Shown here one piece after another: positions 26,078 to 27,212 of a DNA stretch of 27,212 bases (positions are counted from its first letter, which is position 1; the number at the start of each line of letters is the position of its first letter). A program made the position numbers and the translations under genes. The DNA is from a virus (taxonomy: Duplodnaviria > Heunggongvirae > Uroviricota > Caudoviricetes), in the IMG/VR virus record IMGVR_UViG_3300005613_000005, positions 1-27,212 of that record, one strand, 5' to 3'. A model generated the notes under the pieces. It made no database searches. It was given only the letters and a program-made list of their open reading frames with translations, and was not told the DNA's origin.

Positions 26078-26448
26078 AATTTGGGGTCTTTCGCTTTAGA
26101 ACGCTTTTTAACTTCATCTTTCCACAACATTTCTTGTGCCATTACTTGATCATAGAGTTTTACACATACATTCTCATCCATGATATCAAAACCGCCGTTG
26201 CTATCTTTCCACCAACTCGGTCCTTCAATAATCCGCACTCGACAGTTAGCTAACACTTCGCCTAATCCCATCAGGTTCATTGTAGGATTAGTCTGATCTG
26301 CTTGTAAACGTGTTTTTTCTATTTCAATGGCACGTTTTTGAAACATGTTTGGTATACATATGACGGTAAATTCTCCCTCATATTTCTTACCAGTATCTTC
26401 ACCAACAGCTTCAAAAGAAAAACTTTTCTCGTTCTTCGGGAGATCCAT
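26050..26448 (-). CDS. Tail assembly chaperone (G-type), probable start at the second ATG (26448, 132 aa)
   Basis: Small acidic protein two frames upstream of the TMP with P.WWKDS.G....DEN+..KLY.QV...E..W. AAGGAG is only 1 nt from ATG 26454 but 7 nt from ATG 26448. Confidence 0.75.
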   Translation of the reverse strand: MDLPKNEKSFSFEAVGEDTGKKYEGEFTVICIPNMFQKRAIEIEKTRLQADQTNPTMNLMGLGEVLANCRVRIIEGPSWWKDSNGGFDIMDENVCVKLYDQVMAQEMLWKDEVKKRSKAKDPKLGEKSTGSK

Positions 26449-26502
26449 AAACATACTCCTTCATTGTTTTTATACCATTATACTTGATTTATATTAAATT
26501 GC

Positions 26503-27147
26503 TTAAAATACGTTACTGAACCATTTCTTAGCTCTATTTACTGTTCTTTGTATTGGCGAACGAACCGCCGCGAGACGATTGGTATCACCAGTTGCGCCGC
26601 GTGGATATTCTGGTATCTTTTCATCACGATAAGCGATCGCTTTAAAACGGAGTGTAAGATTAGCTAATTGTCCAGCTTTTATATTCTCTTGACGATCAAC
26701 AATCATTGCTCGCCCTGTATAAAACAACAATGAATCAGTCTGTGCATCACGCACTTCGATACTAATATGTTTATGAAATAAAAAAGAAAGTACATCGGGA
26801 GATATAAGTTGATTGGTTGGACCATTTCCAGGTATCACAAGACCGTTTAACGTTCCGGATACCATTATCTTGTTAGGTACAATTTCTATCGGCATGTAGT
26901 TGTCGATGCCCCATAGTTCTTTAGAGTCCGTCTGCATCCTCCACGAAACACCAGTAGCAAAAGCAGCGATACGACCGTTTATTTTTATAATAGTTCTAGC
27001 ACCTGTCATGTATTTTGCAGCAGGTTTAGCAGATAGTATACCTTGAAAACCACTTACTAAATTTTTACCAATGTTAGAAGGATCAATAGCGCTGGCAGCC
27101 GCACCCAACACTGAATTGTCACTAAAACCTTTTAAATAATCAGCCAT
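26503..27147 (-). CDS. Tail-tube-fold protein (tube or tube paralogue) (214 aa)
   Basis: YMTGARTIIKINGRIAAFATGVSW.......GIDNYMPIEIVP..I.VSGTL ... SIEVRD.QT..LLF....AMI..RQENI.AGQLA..TL.FKAIAY resembles myophage tube proteins. It lies upstream of the chaperone. Confidence 0.65.
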   Translation of the reverse strand: MADYLKGFSDNSVLGAAASAIDPSNIGKNLVSGFQGILSAKPAAKYMTGARTIIKINGRIAAFATGVSWRMQTDSKELWGIDNYMPIEIVPNKIMVSGTLNGLVIPGNGPTNQLISPDVLSFLFHKHISIEVRDAQTDSLLFYTGRAMIVDRQENIKAGQLANLTLRFKAIAYRDEKIPEYPRGATGDTNRLAAVRSPIQRTVNRAKKWFSNVF

Positions 27148-27156
27148 ATTTATACC

Positions 27157-27212
27157 TTATGCAAATTGCTGTCCTAATCCTGACATAGCAGCTTCAAAAC
27201 TATCTTGATCTA
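27157..27212 (-). CDS. 3' end of an upstream gene (...DQDSFEAAMSGLGQQFA*), identity unknown (tube or sheath region by position)
   Basis: Open frame from the window edge to TAA at 27159-27157, 9 nt before the next ATG. Confidence 0.55.
   Translation of the reverse strand, partial: DQDSFEAAMSGLGQQFA

Larger units (their letters stand above)
1..27212 (-). other. Contractile-tail/baseplate morphogenesis operon of a large tailed phage (myovirus morphotype)
   Basis: All long ORFs are on the minus strand with gaps of about 50 nt or less, or small overlaps. Order is tube-like, chaperone, TMP, hub, spike, tube-initiator-like, gp25-like, J, I, fibre, which is the conserved myophage layout. Two free-standing HNH genes are interspersed. 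Confidence 0.93.

Noticed and set aside
27146-27153. Exact T4 late promoter TATAAATA before the tube-like gene
   Set aside because: It overlaps the ATG. Similar (A)TAAAT(T/A) spacers lie between SD and start at several genes (16519, 8635, 19847, 25609), so it is more simply an AT-rich translation spacer.
1-27212. Alternative genetic code (TAG/TGA recoding)
   Set aside because: Very long ORFs are intact in code 11. TAG ends the 216-aa gene and TGA ends the frameshift ORF at sensible boundaries.
1-27212. Bacterial eCIS / tailocin / T6SS interpretation
   Set aside because: No AAA+ ATPase, DUF4157, effector or T6SS membrane genes are visible. Homing endonucleases, a G/GT frameshift and a giant fibre fit a phage better. 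The head genes are outside the window, so this cannot be fully excluded.
1-27212. tRNA, rRNA, CRISPR, IS elements, integrase
   Set aside because: The window is almost entirely protein-coding with no intergenic gap above ~50 nt. No such signatures were seen.

Overview
The whole window is one minus-strand, tightly packed gene cluster that builds the contractile tail and baseplate of a large myovirus-type phage (or prophage). In transcription order (right to left): the last 17 codons of an upstream gene; a tail-tube-fold protein; a tail assembly chaperone with a probable -1 programmed frameshift (G/GT) into an ATG-less ORF that the ORF track missed; tape measure protein (956 aa); baseplate hub; central spike; a three-repeat protein that may cap the spike; a second tube-fold (initiator-like) protein; a LysM + gp25-like fusion; a very large 2624-aa baseplate J-like protein; HNH endonuclease; a gpI-like wedge protein with accessory modules; a second HNH endonuclease; and a TTG-started tail fibre of at least 1734 codons that runs off the left end and is also missing from the track. 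All family calls come from motif recognition by eye and gene order, not database searches. The most notable points are the ~2200-aa modular insert in baseplate J, protein modules shared among J, wedge and fibre, the frameshift signal with a downstream hairpin, a codon-usage break inside the fibre gene, and two HNH genes sharing a 50/53-nt identical block. I found no RNA genes, CRISPR arrays, integrase or defence genes. The + strand ORFs look like antisense shadows.
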